A stretch of 64,000 bases of DNA, taken from the NCBI RefSeq assembly GCF_006345805.1, contig NC_043003.1, forward strand, positions 72,602,001 to 72,666,000, read 5' to 3'. The stretch is from Octopus sinensis (taxonomy: Eukaryota). Of the stretch, positions 48,775 to 62,221 are shown piece after piece. The first letter of the stretch is position 1. Each line of letters opens with the position of its first letter. The notes below the pieces were generated by a model. It ran no database searches. It had not been told where the DNA came from and saw only the letters and a program-made list of their open reading frames with translations. A program made the position numbers and the translations under genes.

Positions 48775-50879
48775 CAGGCTTCTTTTTAGTTTCTCTCACA
48801 AGGCTTTGGTCAGGCCAAGGCTATAGAGGAAGAACTGTGTACAAGGTGCCATGCAATGAAACTACACCAGAAATCACGTGATAGGGAAATAAACTTCTTA
48901 CTACACAGCCAGACCTGCATCTCTACAAGCATATTCAAACATGCATGTGCATGTACATATACGTAAGAGGTTTCTGCAGAATTTTCATCAAACAAATTCA
49001 CCTGCAAATTCAGGATTTCATAGCAGAAAAAGCTTTCCCAATGTGCAGCACAATGATGCTGTACAATGGAGTTGAACAAGAAAACATGCTTGTGAAGTGA
49101 ACTTGTTAAAGACAAAGGCACTCCTAAGATATATATCTTAGAGAAAGGAAAATATATATATAATATGCAGACACACACATACACACACACACACACATAT
49201 ATATATACATCCATAAACATAGAGACTCTGCTAACATTGTTTAGAAGGGAGTGTATTGGTGAGAAGTGGATTGATCTGGTGAGCAAAAATAAAACTTGCA
49301 ATATAAAGTGAAGCAGGCAAACAGTCAAAACTAAAGAGGATGTGTGTGTGTGTGGTGTGTGTGTGTGTGTGCGTGTGTGTGTGTGTACGTATGTGTGTGT
49401 GTAAGAAAAAATGTTGGGTTATGCAAATGTATGTCATATAGTTGATATATGACAGATTTAGGCTCAACAAGTATCTCAAGGCCACTTAAATAATTGTGGA
49501 AGGACTTGATACTGAATGAAGCAGCAGCAGCAGTCATTGCCTCACTACCACAATGTTAGTTGCTATTACCACCACTACTACCATTATGATGTCACAATGA
49601 CCTCCCTTCCTCTCCTAAGGCTGAACAATGTGAAACAGTTGAAGCACAGAAACTATCGATGGTTTGCATTTTACAAACTAGAAGGAATTGTTTTGTCATG
49701 AAAGGCAAGATAAATATAATGCTTCAAGTAGGAACCTTCAAAATACAGGGAAATGAGAGAACTTTTCTCAAAGGCCTGCTGGATCAGGACTAAGCAACAA
49801 TAACAACAAATATACTTATCATCATCATAACCTGAATACCATGCTGACATGGGTTGGACAGTGCAAACAGGATCCAACATGCCAGATGGTTATGATAAGC
49901 TCCAGCCTGAGTCGGCTTCGGTGAGGTTTCTACTGCAGGATGTCCTTACTAATGCCAATCCCTTAACAGAATGTACTTGGTACTTTTTCTGTGGAACCAG
50001 AACTTAATAACATCAGTAAGTAACTCACAAGACACAACCCCTTGACAATGTAGGGGTGCAAAATTGAACAAGATTGGGTGGGGCAGAAACAGATGTCTTG
50101 CTGTAAAGGAGATATGTAGTTACCTCAGCATGAACGGAATACCTTCAAGGTACAAGAAGTTAGATAAAAAGAGAGTAGGGACAGAAAATTGAAGATGGTT
50201 GGGTGGGTAGGCAGCTTTACAAGAATGTGAAAGAAGAGATAGTTGAGATGAGGACTGAAGTGAATGATGAACATGGATGGAGGTGTAGACAATAGTGAAT
50301 CTCAGTTTGGAGGAATGTAAGGAACATAGGAGCGGGTTGAGAGAGAGGAGGTAATACAAAAAGATGGGCTTGAGAAGAACTGTATAATAACACCATAGGG
50401 AGATGATGTGAAGAGTGGGGAGGGATAACAAAGGGACACACTATGACAGAGACAGGGATCAGAGTACATAAGGGTGGAAATAATGAATGACAAACAAATG
50501 TGGGGAAAAAGTATCAATGGCAGATATGACACAGAGTCCAGAAGAAAGGGGCACTGAATGGAAAATAAAATAGTAAGGGATGATATAAAAAATTGAGGAA
50601 GGGGAACAAAATGAATTGGTTACAAGGTGAGGGGAAATTGGTAGCACAAAAGTGGGATGAAACATTGTTTTGCTCTCATATAATTACAGCAGCAGAGTAA
50701 ATAATGCTGCAAATAGATGAGTGATGGAGGGATGTACATGAGGAAGGATTGTCAGAGAGAGATTGGGTGCAGTAGCATTAACATAAAAAATATGCTTTTA
50801 GGACCTGAGTTTATGCAGAGATGGGCACAGGTCTTCTTGAGTGCAGCAAATCACCAGACACCTCAGTCTATTGTCAACT

Positions 50880-51005
50880 ATAAAATCTAGCCTTAAGCCC
50901 TTACCTTAAATCCAAACTCTAAATCCTAACCATAAGCCTATACCTAAAGCCTAAACCCTAATACTAAACCATAATGCTAAATCCTAACCCTATTTCATGA
51001 TCCCA
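50880..51005. repeat. Degenerate CCCTAA-like array ending in a sequence resembling the 1-153 element
   Basis: cctaaaccctaatactaaacc...cctaaccctatttcatgatccc vs ccctaaccccaaagatcccatttc. Confidence 0.55.
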
Positions 51006-52363
51006 ATTTTTTTTTTTTTTTTTTTATTTTGCGAAACTGCATTCTCCAAAGCCTATATTCTTCGAAAAAATTTTGAAAATGAAAAAATTACTGTAAAATG
51101 CATACTCTGAAACTAAGTGGGTCAAAAATTTATAAACAATTGAATTTTATGAAACATTTGCAGAGCCGTAATCTCTGATTTTTAAAGCAGAAATTTTCAA
51201 AATATAAAAGCTATGAGAGATGTTAAACCAAAATTTTACCAAAAATATGAGAACACCTGCCATACCAAAGAATATTCCAGCAAAAAACAATGGGGTATTT
51301 TTCTACAGTATGAAAGAATTAAGGTAACACTAAAGATGGTTTCAGCCTGTTGAGAAATTCAGTGTAGTTCCTTGTGCGTTAGATTAAAAATACAGTCTAC
51401 AGACTAACATACAAATACAAAACCATGCAACTATTGACTCACATCTTTACCTCATTCAATATGAGGTGTTTCATTCAGTAAATATATGTATGAGTGTCTT
51501 TTGTTAACACACACACACACACACACACACAGATTTGGTGATACCACTCTCCAGGTGATTATCAACTGGTCAGTAACTAATATTTATATATTTGATTCCC
51601 AGTTTGTGTAATTTTTATTTTTATACCTAATTTTCCTTTGTATCCTTTATTCGTCAGTTAGTACTCACTTGCTCCTCAGTAAATATTTCTTTCATTACTT
51701 TACCACAGCCTTAATTTCTCTCTTTTAAACAGACAAAATGTTATTCATCCTCTATGAAGTCATTTAGTATGCTAGAAATAGCAAGGATCAGCTTGTTTCA
51801 CTTCACTTTGTACATATCTATATTTAATTATATAACTGCATGTCAAATATAAACAAAGAACATACTTCTTTTGTTTGGTTTACATCAAAAAGGTGACAAT
51901 AATGTGAAGGTGATTAATTTTTCACTATACATAAATGTAAATACAATAATGGTATTTATGATGATATTGTGCTTAGTAAAGAATACGAACTGTATTAGAA
52001 ATACATTGTAGTGTGTGTGTGTTAAAATTTATTTGCAGTATTTAGGTATTAATTTTTCATTGCTTAATAAATGCATGTTCTTTTGACATCATTACATTTC
52101 ATCTTATAGCTTTGTTTTACATTTTTCATTATAGATTCCAGCTTCATTCATGTCGCATGTCTTGCTAGCATTCTTCCCTCATGCATGCCATATATATATA
52201 TATATATATGTGTGTGTGTATGTATGTATGTATATATATATATGTATACTTATACATACACACTATAGTAATATATGACACAATGATATCAAACCAATGT
52301 AAAACATGTTCCATTAAAGATGGCATGTTCACATGAGTGTGTGTGTATATATATATATATATA

Positions 52364-52770
52364 GGTGCAGGAGTGGCTGTGTGGTAAGTAGCTTGCTAAC
52401 CAACCACATGGTTCCGGGTTCAGTCCCACTGCGTGGCACCTTGGGCAAGTGTCTTCTACTATAGCCTCGGGCCGACCAATGCCTTGTCAGTGGATTTGGT
52501 AGACGGAAACTGAAAGAAGCCTGTCGTATATATGTATATATATATATGTATTATGTGTGTGTGTTTGTGTGTCTGTGTTTGTCTCCCTAGCATTGCTTGA
52601 CAACCGATGCTGGTGTGTCTACGTCCCCATCACTTAGCGGTTCGGCAAAAGAGAGACCGATAGAATAAGTACTAGGCTTACAAAGAATAAGTCCCGGGGT
52701 CGAGTTGCCCGACTAAAGGTGGTGCTCCAGCATGGCCACAGTCAAAATGACTGAAACAAGTAAAAGAGTA
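52364..52770 (+). mobile_element. Composite SINE: tRNA/CORE-like head, internal (TA/TG)n, second module, tail ggtggtgctccagcatggcc
   Basis: A-box-like tggctgtgtggtaag, B-box-like ggttcagtccc, CORE-like ccttgggcaagt. Confidence 0.88.
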
Positions 52771-54210
52771 TATATATATATATATATATATATAATCTGT
52801 GTAGTTGCTACTTGGTAGTTATGATGCATCCTCTAGAGGTGGAAAGAATTTTTAAAAGATCAACAATGTATGTTGTATGGTATTTGATATATCAGCATTT
52901 GTCTATGTTGTTCAAATACAACATAGTAAAACTTTCCACAGATAAAACATTTCAACAAAGGCAAGTTTTACCTAATGGATACATTCCTATTATATATTAT
53001 GCAGACCTGAAATGTATATATTAAATGATTTAAAAATATTACTGTTTGGTTTGACTATTGTAACTTATACAAATCAATGCCAATACAAACTAACTGGTCC
53101 AGATTCCACTTACACAGAAACTCTAACAAAAATTTCGAGTAGTTTGTAACATTAAAATAAAAAATTCTGGTACCATACTCTACTTCTTAGCATCATATGA
53201 AATAATATGTGTACATATAAACATATTAGGTGTGTACATGATACATGCATACATACATATGTATGCACACACACACACTGGCTCCAGCATAATTCTAAGT
53301 TAGGATTCCAATTGTTTAATGCATCTTATTTACAATATAAAGCTAACTGCATTTGTATTTCTTATTCTTTTCACTATTAGTGACAAAATAAATTTCAACT
53401 TTGAGCAAACTTGAACTATGGTGAATAAAAATATTTACAACACCTACATCTTTATTTAGACTTGCAGCTAGCCTACAGTAAAAAATTTTACCAAAACTCT
53501 ATTCTAAGAAATATAATGCCATAAACTAAAGTGCAATACATGATAAGCATCTTTTTCTAAACTACAAACTGACTTTTTGACACGCAGCCAAGCAAATGAT
53601 CAAAGGTTATTACTCGAGCCATCCCTATATAAATTTCAAGGCAGAAAAAGGTTTTGAGTTGAAATGGATTAATTTAGTTCTAGCTATGATACATACCTAA
53701 ATATATCATTATCCACTTACTCACAAACTTCACATATCTCTCCTGACACATGTAACTTTAACAGAATCCTATATAAACTCCAAATAATACATATACACAC
53801 ACACATATATATATATTCTTTTATGCTTTTACTTGTTTCAGCCATTTGACTGTGGCCATACTGGAGCACTGCCTTAAGTTAAACAAATCAACCACAGGAC
53901 TTATTTCTTGTAAACCTAGTACTTATTCTATCAGTCTTTTTTGCTGAACCAATAAGTTACAGGGCCATACACACACCAACATTGGTTGTCAAGCGATGGT
54001 GGAGTGACAAACATAGACACCCAAATATATACACAAACACACATATAAATGATGGGCTTCTTTCAGTTTCCATCTACCAAATCCACTCTCAAAGCTTTGG
54101 TCGGCCCAAGGCTGTAAGAGAAGATACTTGCCCAAGGTGCCATGTGATTGGGAAGCAAGCTTCTTACCACACAGCCACTCCTGTACCTAAGAAACAGGTA
54201 TGTATGTGTG

Positions 54211-54245
<35 letters not shown>

Positions 54246-54711
54246 CATCATCATCATCATCGTTTAACGTCTGCTTTCCATGCTAACATGGGATGGATGG
54301 TTTGACTGGAACAGGCCAGGTAGGAGCCTGCACCAGACGGCAGGGTTTTTACAACTGGATGCTCTTCCAAACACCAACCACTCAGCAGAGTGGACTAAGT
54401 GCTTTTTACATGGCACAAGCACAGGCAAGGTTAGTTTTGACAAGGTTTCTATAGTTGGATGCCCTTTCAAATGCCAACCACTTTACAGTTTGGAGTGGAT
54501 GCCCCTCACATAGCACCAGCAGTGACAGGGTCAACAAGTAGCTGGCAAGACAAAGAGTCTTTGAAAGGGGAAGGGGAATTTGAGAAAGTGATCTTGGACC
54601 AGATGATGAAAGGTTAGAGTGAGACAGAGAGACATAAAAAGGTGTCTTCCTGTAGAGGAGATACATGGTTACACAACCTGAATCGAGAGCAGGATGAAAG
54701 AGAGAGTGGGT

Positions 54712-54940
54712 GGCAAGCTGGCAGAATCGTTAGCACACCGGGCGAAATGCTTAGCGGTATTTCGTCTGCCGTTACGTTCTGAGTTCAAATTCTGCCGAGG
54801 TCGACTGCCTTTCATCCTTTCGGGGTCGATAAATTAAGTACCAGTTACACACTGGGGTCGATGTAATCAACTTAACCCCCTTTGTCTGTCCTTGTTTATT
54901 CCGTCTATGTTTAGCCCTTTGTGGGTAATAAAGAAATAAG
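54712..54940 (+). mobile_element. tRNA-derived SINE; many reverse-orientation copies (e.g. 2810-3040, 3340-3540, 4080-4265, 10330-10545, 24680-24890, 40680-40890)
   Basis: ggcaagctggcagaatcgttagc...gagttcaaattc B-box; conserved gcctttcatcctttcggggtcgataaattaagtacc central block. Confidence 0.8.
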
Positions 54941-55780
54941 AAAAGAGACAGTGGCATGTAAGATAGTAGAAAAGGGACAGGCATACTCACAAGGGACAGA
55001 GGTCAGAATATAAATGGGATGGTCAAGTGAAAGAAGAGAGAGAGAGATGGTGGCAAGTACCAAAGCATACGCTTGGGGTATGGAGGTAAAAATATATTTG
55101 GCAGGAAATTGCCAAAGAAGCGTGAATGGAGAGTAGGGGATGGAAATGCAGTGAGTGGTGAAAACTTGGGTATATAGTGGAGTGGGAGAGGGGCTACCAA
55201 ATAGCAATGATACAGTGAATAGGGCCATGAGAACAGGATTGAGAAATATATATATGTATGTATGTATATATGTATGCATGTGTATATATATACATATATG
55301 TATATATATATCATTATCATCATCGTTTAACGTCCGTTTTCCATGTAGGCATAGGCTGCATGGCTTGACTGATGTCTGGAGAGACAGCAACTGCACCATG
55401 CTCCAATCTGATCTGGCAAAGTTTCAACAGATGGATGCCCTTCCTAACGCCAACCACTCCGTGAGTATAGTGGGTGCTTTTTGCATGCCACCGGCACAGA
55501 GGAGCCAATCAGGCAGCCCTCACATCGATCATGTTCAGATGGTGCATTTTTATGTGCCACCAGAACAGGAGCTGGTTACAGCTACAACTCTGGCTTTACT
55601 TGACTCAACAGGTCTTCTCAAGCATATCATATCACCAGACGCATCATTAGTATTTTTCAATGGGCTGGACATATATATGTATGTCTGTGTGTATGAGTGT
55701 ATGGGAATATCAAAACCAAGGCATTTCAAGTCATTTCAAATAATTTATACATATACATATATACATACATATACATATAT

Positions 55781-56455
55781 TCTTCTGCGTCTCTTGTCTT
55801 TAAGTGCATCTCTTCTTTGTTCCTCAAACTTGCTGACTGCATTGAAGATTGTGTGGTGCCAGACATCACGGTCCGCAGCCAGGTCTGACCAGCATTGGTG
55901 GTTGATATGACATGCTGTTAGAGACATCTTGAGGCAGTCTTTGTAGCGCTTCCTCAGAGCTCCTCTCACTCGGTGGCCGGTGGAGAATTTGCCAAATAGG
56001 GCAATCTTAGGAAGGCAATGGTTCTCCATTCTGGAGACATGCCCTGCCCATCGGAGGTGGGACTTCAGTAGCATGGCTTCAATGCTGGGGATCTCGGCCC
56101 GCTCCAAGACTTCAATGTTTGTGATGAAGTCACTCCAGTGAATGTTGAGGATGGTGAGGAGACATCACTAGTGGAAGCGCTCAAGGAGACAGATGTGACT
56201 GCAGTAAGTGATCCAAATCTCTGAGCCATAGAGAAGAGTGCTGAGAACCACGGCCCTGTAGACACTGATCTTTGTTTTGTTCTTCAGGTTATTATTGTGC
56301 CAAATACATTTGTACAATCTGCCAAAGGACCTATTTGCCTTAGAGAGTCTATTTTCAATTTCTTTGTCGATCCTTGCATCGAATGAGATGATGCAGCCCA
56401 GGTATGTAAACTGCTGAGTTGATTTCAGTTCGGTACCGCAGATAGTGATGTGGGG
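55781..56455 (-). mobile_element. BovB-like RTE LINE 3' fragment
   Basis: FTYLGCIISFDARIDKEIENRLSKANRSFGRL...YRAVVLSTLLYGSE and SIEAMLLKSHLRWAGHVSRM...KRYKDCLK. Confidence 0.88.
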
Positions 56456-57600
56456 CCAGTTTGGTGGTACTGGCAACGGCCACGTCCAAATGGTGCTTTT
56501 AACATGTCACATGCACGGGAGCCAGTCCAGCGGCACTGGCGACGTCCTCGCTCGAATGTTTCACGTGCCACCAGCACAAGTGCTAGTAAGGCGACGCAGT
56601 AACGATCACGCTCGAACGGTGTGCTTAACTTGCCATTGGCACGAAGGCCAGTTTGTTGCTCAGGCAACGATCTCACTCGTATGGTACTCTTAGCGCTCCA
56701 CTAGCAACGGATGCCGGTCACTGAGTTTGATTTTGACTTCGATTTCACTTGCCTCAACTGGTCTTCACAAGCAGAGTTTAGTGTCCAATGAAGAAAAAGC
56801 ACGCGTAAGTGGACTGGTTACCCCCAAGCATAGGCCACAAGGTAATGGTCACACTTGTGCTTGCCGAGTCTTCTGGAGCACAGCATATTTCCAGAGGTCC
56901 CAGTCACTAGTTATTGCCTTGGTGAGGCCCAATGTTTGAAGGTCATGCTTCACCACGTCTTCCTAGGTCTATTTCTTCCACAGGTTCCCTCAACTGCTAG
57001 GGTGTGGCACTTTTTCACACAGCTATCCACATCCATTCTCGCCACATGACCATACCAGCGCAGTCGTCTCTCTTGCACACCACATCTGATACTTCTTAGG
57101 TCCAACATTTCTCTCAGGGTATTAACACTCAGTCGAGTATGCACACTGGCATTACACATCCATCGGAGCATGCTGGTTTCATTCCTTGCAAGCTTACGCA
57201 TATCCTCAGCAGTCACAGTCCATGTTTCACTGCCATGTAGCATGGCTGTTCGTACACATGCATCGTACAGTCTACCTTTTACTCTGAGCAAGAAGCCCTT
57301 TGTCCCCAGCAGAGGTAAGTGCTCTCTGAACTTAGCCCAAGCTATTCTTATTCTAGCAGCTACACTTTCAATGAACCCTCCTCCACTACTGATTTGGTCA
57401 CCTAGGTAACTGAAGCTATCAACTACTTCTAGTTTTTCTCCCTGGAATGTGGCGGAAGTTGTTCTCTGCACATTTTCAGTGTTATATATTGCTCCCAAGC
57501 ATCTGCCACATATGAAAACTATCCTCCCAGTTAGCCTTCCTTTGATATTTCTGCACCTCTTATGTGTCCGTAGCTTACACTGGGTACATCTTATAGAGGG
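56456..57600 (-). mobile_element. RTE LINE C-terminal coding region plus 3' UTR with about 65-bp tandem modules; terminal tail missing
   Basis: ORF 56950-57498 (LEVVDSFSYLGDQIS...MLHGSETW...RRLRWYGHVARM); same family as 27800-29227. Confidence 0.9.
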
Positions 57601-57879
57601 TACAATAATATTAAATTCTTTAATATTTTTAAATATAATTATAATTTAAAGGATTATGATATAAATGATTTTTATAATAATAAACCTAATTATGGGAATT
57701 ATGATAAGTTTTATTTAGGTAACTATGGTCTTAATAATAATATGTATTTTGACAATATAAATCATACATTTAATAATGGAATAAAAAATAAAAATAAGAT
57801 AAAATCTAATTCAATTAATGATGATAATAAATTTAATAATATTACAAAAAATATTATAATAATAATATAAAAAATAAGA

Positions 57880-58564
57880 ATAAAATATGGTTAATTGTTC
57901 CTTTTGAGGTTCAGGCAAATTTTATTAAAGAGATTTTAAATATAATTGAAATATTCAGTAAAGATGATAAAAAATATTATAACATTTTTCCTAATAATAG
58001 TTTTGGAGTTGGGTATTCAACTACTAATAATGTTGGTAATATTATTTCTTCATTTAATACATTTAAATTAAATAATGATTCCAATAATAATAATAATAAA
58101 GACCATGGTATAATTTATTGTACATGTAGAGATAAGACTACATGTAATTTAATAATAATTGTAATTTGAATAATGTAGTTTATAAATGTATGGTAACTTT
58201 AATGGACGATAATAATTTGAATGATTATAATTTAAATGCTATTTATATAGGGTCGACTTTGAATAAAATTAAATTAAGAGTGGCTCAATATATGTATTCT
58301 TTTAGGAATAGAAATCTAATAAATTCAACAGGTCTCAGTAAATATATTTGGGAACTTAAATCTAAATGTATTAAATATAAATTAACTTGGGAGATAATTT
58401 ATAAGGCAAAATCTTATTGTATAGGGAGTAATTATGGTTTATTGTGTAATAATAACTTTAAGGAAATATTATTTAATAATAATTATGTATTGGTAAATTC
58501 ATTAGATGAGCGTAAAATTAACTGTAAACATAAATTAAATTACCTATATAATAGATTTAGCTAA
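57880..58564 (+). mobile_element. Extremely AT-rich Penelope-like element: linker and GIY-YIG endonuclease
   Basis: ORF 58166-58564: NVVYKC...IYIGST...SFRN...STGLSKYIWELK...TWEI...LLC...LVN...C.HK. Upstream YYNIFPNNS..VGYSTTNNVGNIISSFN matches the Penelope linker pattern. Confidence 0.82.
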
Positions 58565-59068
58565 TGATTATATAAATTTATTAAGATCTATTAATTATAG
58601 TAATATAAATTAATTTAAATATAATATATATATTTTACTTAATGATTATTTGAACATTAAATTTATAATAAATAGTCATTTAAAATTAAATGCAAACATT
58701 AATTTATTTACCTATAAGGTACGTTTAGCTAATTTTCTGTGTATATAAAACCTTATTTTATTTCATGTTACTTATTTCTTGTAGATAAAATTTAATAGTA
58801 TTAGTGTATAAATTAGCATGTTATTTGTTATATTAATATATTTGAATAATAAAATTGGATATTTCTTAATAAATAAATGATTATATATAATTTTATTAAA
58901 ATCTAACCATTATAGTAATATAAATTAATATTATATGTATGTTTTACGTAATAATTATTTGGGATTTAATTTATAGTAAATAGTCATTTATAGTTAGAAT
59001 ATTTTTTATTTAACAGTATTATTTAATTTTTGAATTGTATTACATTTGATTATTATTATTATTGTTAA

Positions 59069-59105
<37 letters not shown>

Positions 59106-60375
59106 TTCTTGATATTATTAATTACGATTCGTATATCTATTTAATTTATTATGTTTATAATGTGATTTAACGTATTACATATAATTTACTTAGAGAAATA
59201 GGTTTGTAAGATAATATATTATTTAATAGTTAGGAGGTTTATTTGTTACGTAATATTACATTTAAGTAAATAAATTTGATATTAATTGATATTTTGGTCA
59301 ATTCTATTAGTAAGTGTAATATTAGATCTATATATACTAAATATAAATTATTTAATTAATATTATAGTAAATTTATATAATAGGAGTGTATATATTTGAA
59401 CCATTTTCTATTTTTAATTCTAATATTCATAGCTTGTACTAGTAGTATGTATATAACTTAGTATATATTACTTAATTGGAATAGGATTTAACTTAGATGT
59501 TTATTAAATGAATAAATTAATCAATAAATAATTTAATTTAATGTATATAGATTAAATTATAGTATTTTAGTTTTCACTTAATGCATATTTTATATTTTAT
59601 ATATATATATTTATTTGTTTTAAATAATTTAATTAATTGTACTTTACTTTCTAGTAATGATATATTATAGTTTGTTATTCTTTTCTTATATAAGTTAAAA
59701 TTTTATTTTTATAGATATAATACATATTTATACCTATTTATTCTATTTTTATTTACACCAGATTATATTAGTTAAAATATTTCCTATTTTACAAGATTAT
59801 ATACATATATTTATTTGGAGGTGCAATGGCCTAGTGGTTAGGGCAGCAGACTCATGGTTTCGATTCCCAGACCAGGTGCTGTGAGTGTTTATTGAGCAAA
59901 AATACCTAAAGCTCCACGAGGCTTAGGCAGAGGTTGGTGGCAATCCCCGCTGTACTCCTTCACCACAACTTCCTTCTGTTGGCCTGCTCACTTAGCCAGC
60001 GGGGGGGAGGCATCATTTGAAGGCTAAAACAATGTGAAAAGTATTGTGACCAGCGATGTGCAGCAACATCTGATAGCCTGGTCAGTCACATGATTTATTA
60101 TATAATTATTTTATTGTCTTTATCCTTGACCTGAAAAGTGGCTATATTTAAATTGAATTGATTTTACTGTTATCTGTTCTTAAATATAGCCACGAAACAC
60201 ATGTAAGTCATTTTACCAGATATATACATTAATTTATTATTTTGTACATTACTTAATCAATGGTAAAGATTTTTATCTTATATCTAATTTTTTTCTACAG
60301 GATATAATTTTTTTCTATATGGTATAATTAAAATTCTTAATTTTTTAATTGATAAATGGTGGTTTTTATCTAAGT

Positions 60376-60379
<4 letters not shown>

Positions 60380-60420
<41 letters not shown>

Positions 60421-60490
60421 ATGTATATATATATCATCATCATCATCATCGTTTAACGTGATGATGATGATGATATATATATATATACAT

Positions 60491-60524
<34 letters not shown>
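60380..60524. repeat. Microsatellite foldback centred on a truncated RTE tail (CATC-GTTTAACGT-GATG)
   Basis: (TA)n(TG)n..(ATC)n mirrored as (GAT)n..(CA)n(TA)n. Confidence 0.85.
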
Positions 60525-60604
60525 CTTATATTTTGTGAAATTTCATTTAGTACTTCTAAATTGAATTTTTCCCTGTAAGTTTGGAATAATATTCCCTACT
60601 ATTA

Positions 60605-60649
<45 letters not shown>

Positions 60650-60689
60650 CATATATATGTATACATATGTATACATACATATTTCGTTT

Positions 60690-60860
60690 TTCTTGTTTCA
60701 GCTTATGCACCGCCATTTTGTGCTACACTGTTATTACTAAGAGCCTCCTCTAATATGTGGCACTTGGTGAAGAATGGAGTTTGATATAGCTACCCTCATT
60801 TGCACCTCTTGTCATGAGGTAGGTTCATCTGGGACTCTTGACAGGAAGATGTCCAGCTTT

Positions 60861-60865
<5 letters not shown>
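60690..60865 (-). mobile_element. Short 3' fragment of the same CR1-type family as 43862-46352
   Basis: gaggtaggttcatctgggact shared with 44022-44042; [14 protein letters not shown]. Confidence 0.8.
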
Positions 60866-60904
<39 letters not shown>

Positions 60905-61450
60905 CATATACATATATATGTACATACAAATATATGTATACATACATATATACATACACATATACGTATCTATATATACATACCAATATACATATATATG
61001 TATATGTATATATATATATACATATATATACACATACATATATATGCATATACATATATACATATATATATACATACATATATACATGTACATATATACA
61101 TATATATATACATACATATATACATGTACATATATACATATATATATACATACATATATACATGTACATATATACATATGTATATACATACATATATACA
61201 TATATATATACATATATATATACATATATATATACATATATATATACATACATATATACATACATATATATATATACATATATACATATACATATATATA
61301 TACATACATATATACATATACATATATACATATACATATATATATACATACATATATACATATATATATACATACATATATACATACATATATACATATA
61401 TATATACATACATATATACATATATGTGTATATATATATACACATATACA
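60866..61450. repeat. Complex (TA)n/(CATA)n microsatellite
   Basis: Direct inspection; source of six YIYI-type ORFs. Confidence 0.95.
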
Positions 61451-61639
61451 TGGTGGCTGCCCCCCGCCGTTATCGAGTATGGCCATTGCACAAAGCTTAA
61501 TCAATGTTGTTATCGTGCAATGCCTGTGCAAGAAGACTGTTTTTTTAAGTGAGAAAAGGCTGTGCACTGAGTCAATCTCACTCACTTAGCAACAGCAGCC
61601 ATAATCCAAAAAGAAGAACAAGTCAACATCATCAGTAAC

Positions 61640-61985
61640 CACTGAGCCGCAGCTTTTATGTCGGAGTTATCCCAGTTACCTTCTCCTTGAAGGATACCCA
61701 AACAAAGGCTAGGAGTCCTTCACTCCTAATGGTTTAACTACGCGATCGGGTGTTCAGTCCGATTATTTCTATGCCCAGCGCAAGATACAGCCTTAAGACA
61801 TTTATTGGATGGCCGTTGACTCTCAAGAGTTCCTCCGCCCTTTGTTTTTCATCCCGCAGGGTGTCCAATAAACACCCTCCTCACCAAGCAAGCTTGGTGG
61901 GGTTGCCGGTTTAGTCGCTGACGACCCGACCATGCAACAGGTTGTACTGGGTTACATGTTACCAGTAGCACTTGAAAGAGATCTG
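61640..61985 (-). mobile_element. Probable isolated 5' UTR of an RTE-type LINE, GC-rich and structured
   Basis: Minus-strand ctagccttt...aggagaagg-taact resembles RTE leader sequences as I recall them; several perfect hairpins; no ORF. Confidence 0.45.
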
Positions 61986-62001
61986 ACATAAACATATATA
62001 C

Positions 62002-62034
<33 letters not shown>

Positions 62035-62187
62035 CCTATATATACATATGTATATATATACATATATATACATACATATATACATGCATATATATATTAG
62101 TTAAGATATTTCCTATTTTACAAGATCATATAAATATATTTTTATATTTATATATATATATGACTCATGCATGTATACATATATATG

Positions 62188-62221
<34 letters not shown>

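Noticed and set aside
50100-50760. Purine-rich block with several minus-strand ORFs (similar blocks at 5200-6060 and 54940-55240)
   Set aside because: Strand-biased low-complexity sequence; ORFs arise from stop-codon scarcity.
57600-59800. Mitochondrial insertion (NUMT) or AT-rich endosymbiont DNA
   Set aside because: The only decodable protein is a Penelope-type GIY-YIG endonuclease; no mitochondrial or bacterial gene motifs seen.
61751-61934. Canonical HDV-like ribozyme using GGTCGGG/CCCGATC as P1
   Set aside because: No P2/P3/L3 arrangement precedes the proposed P1 3' strand, which pairs locally with ATCGG instead.
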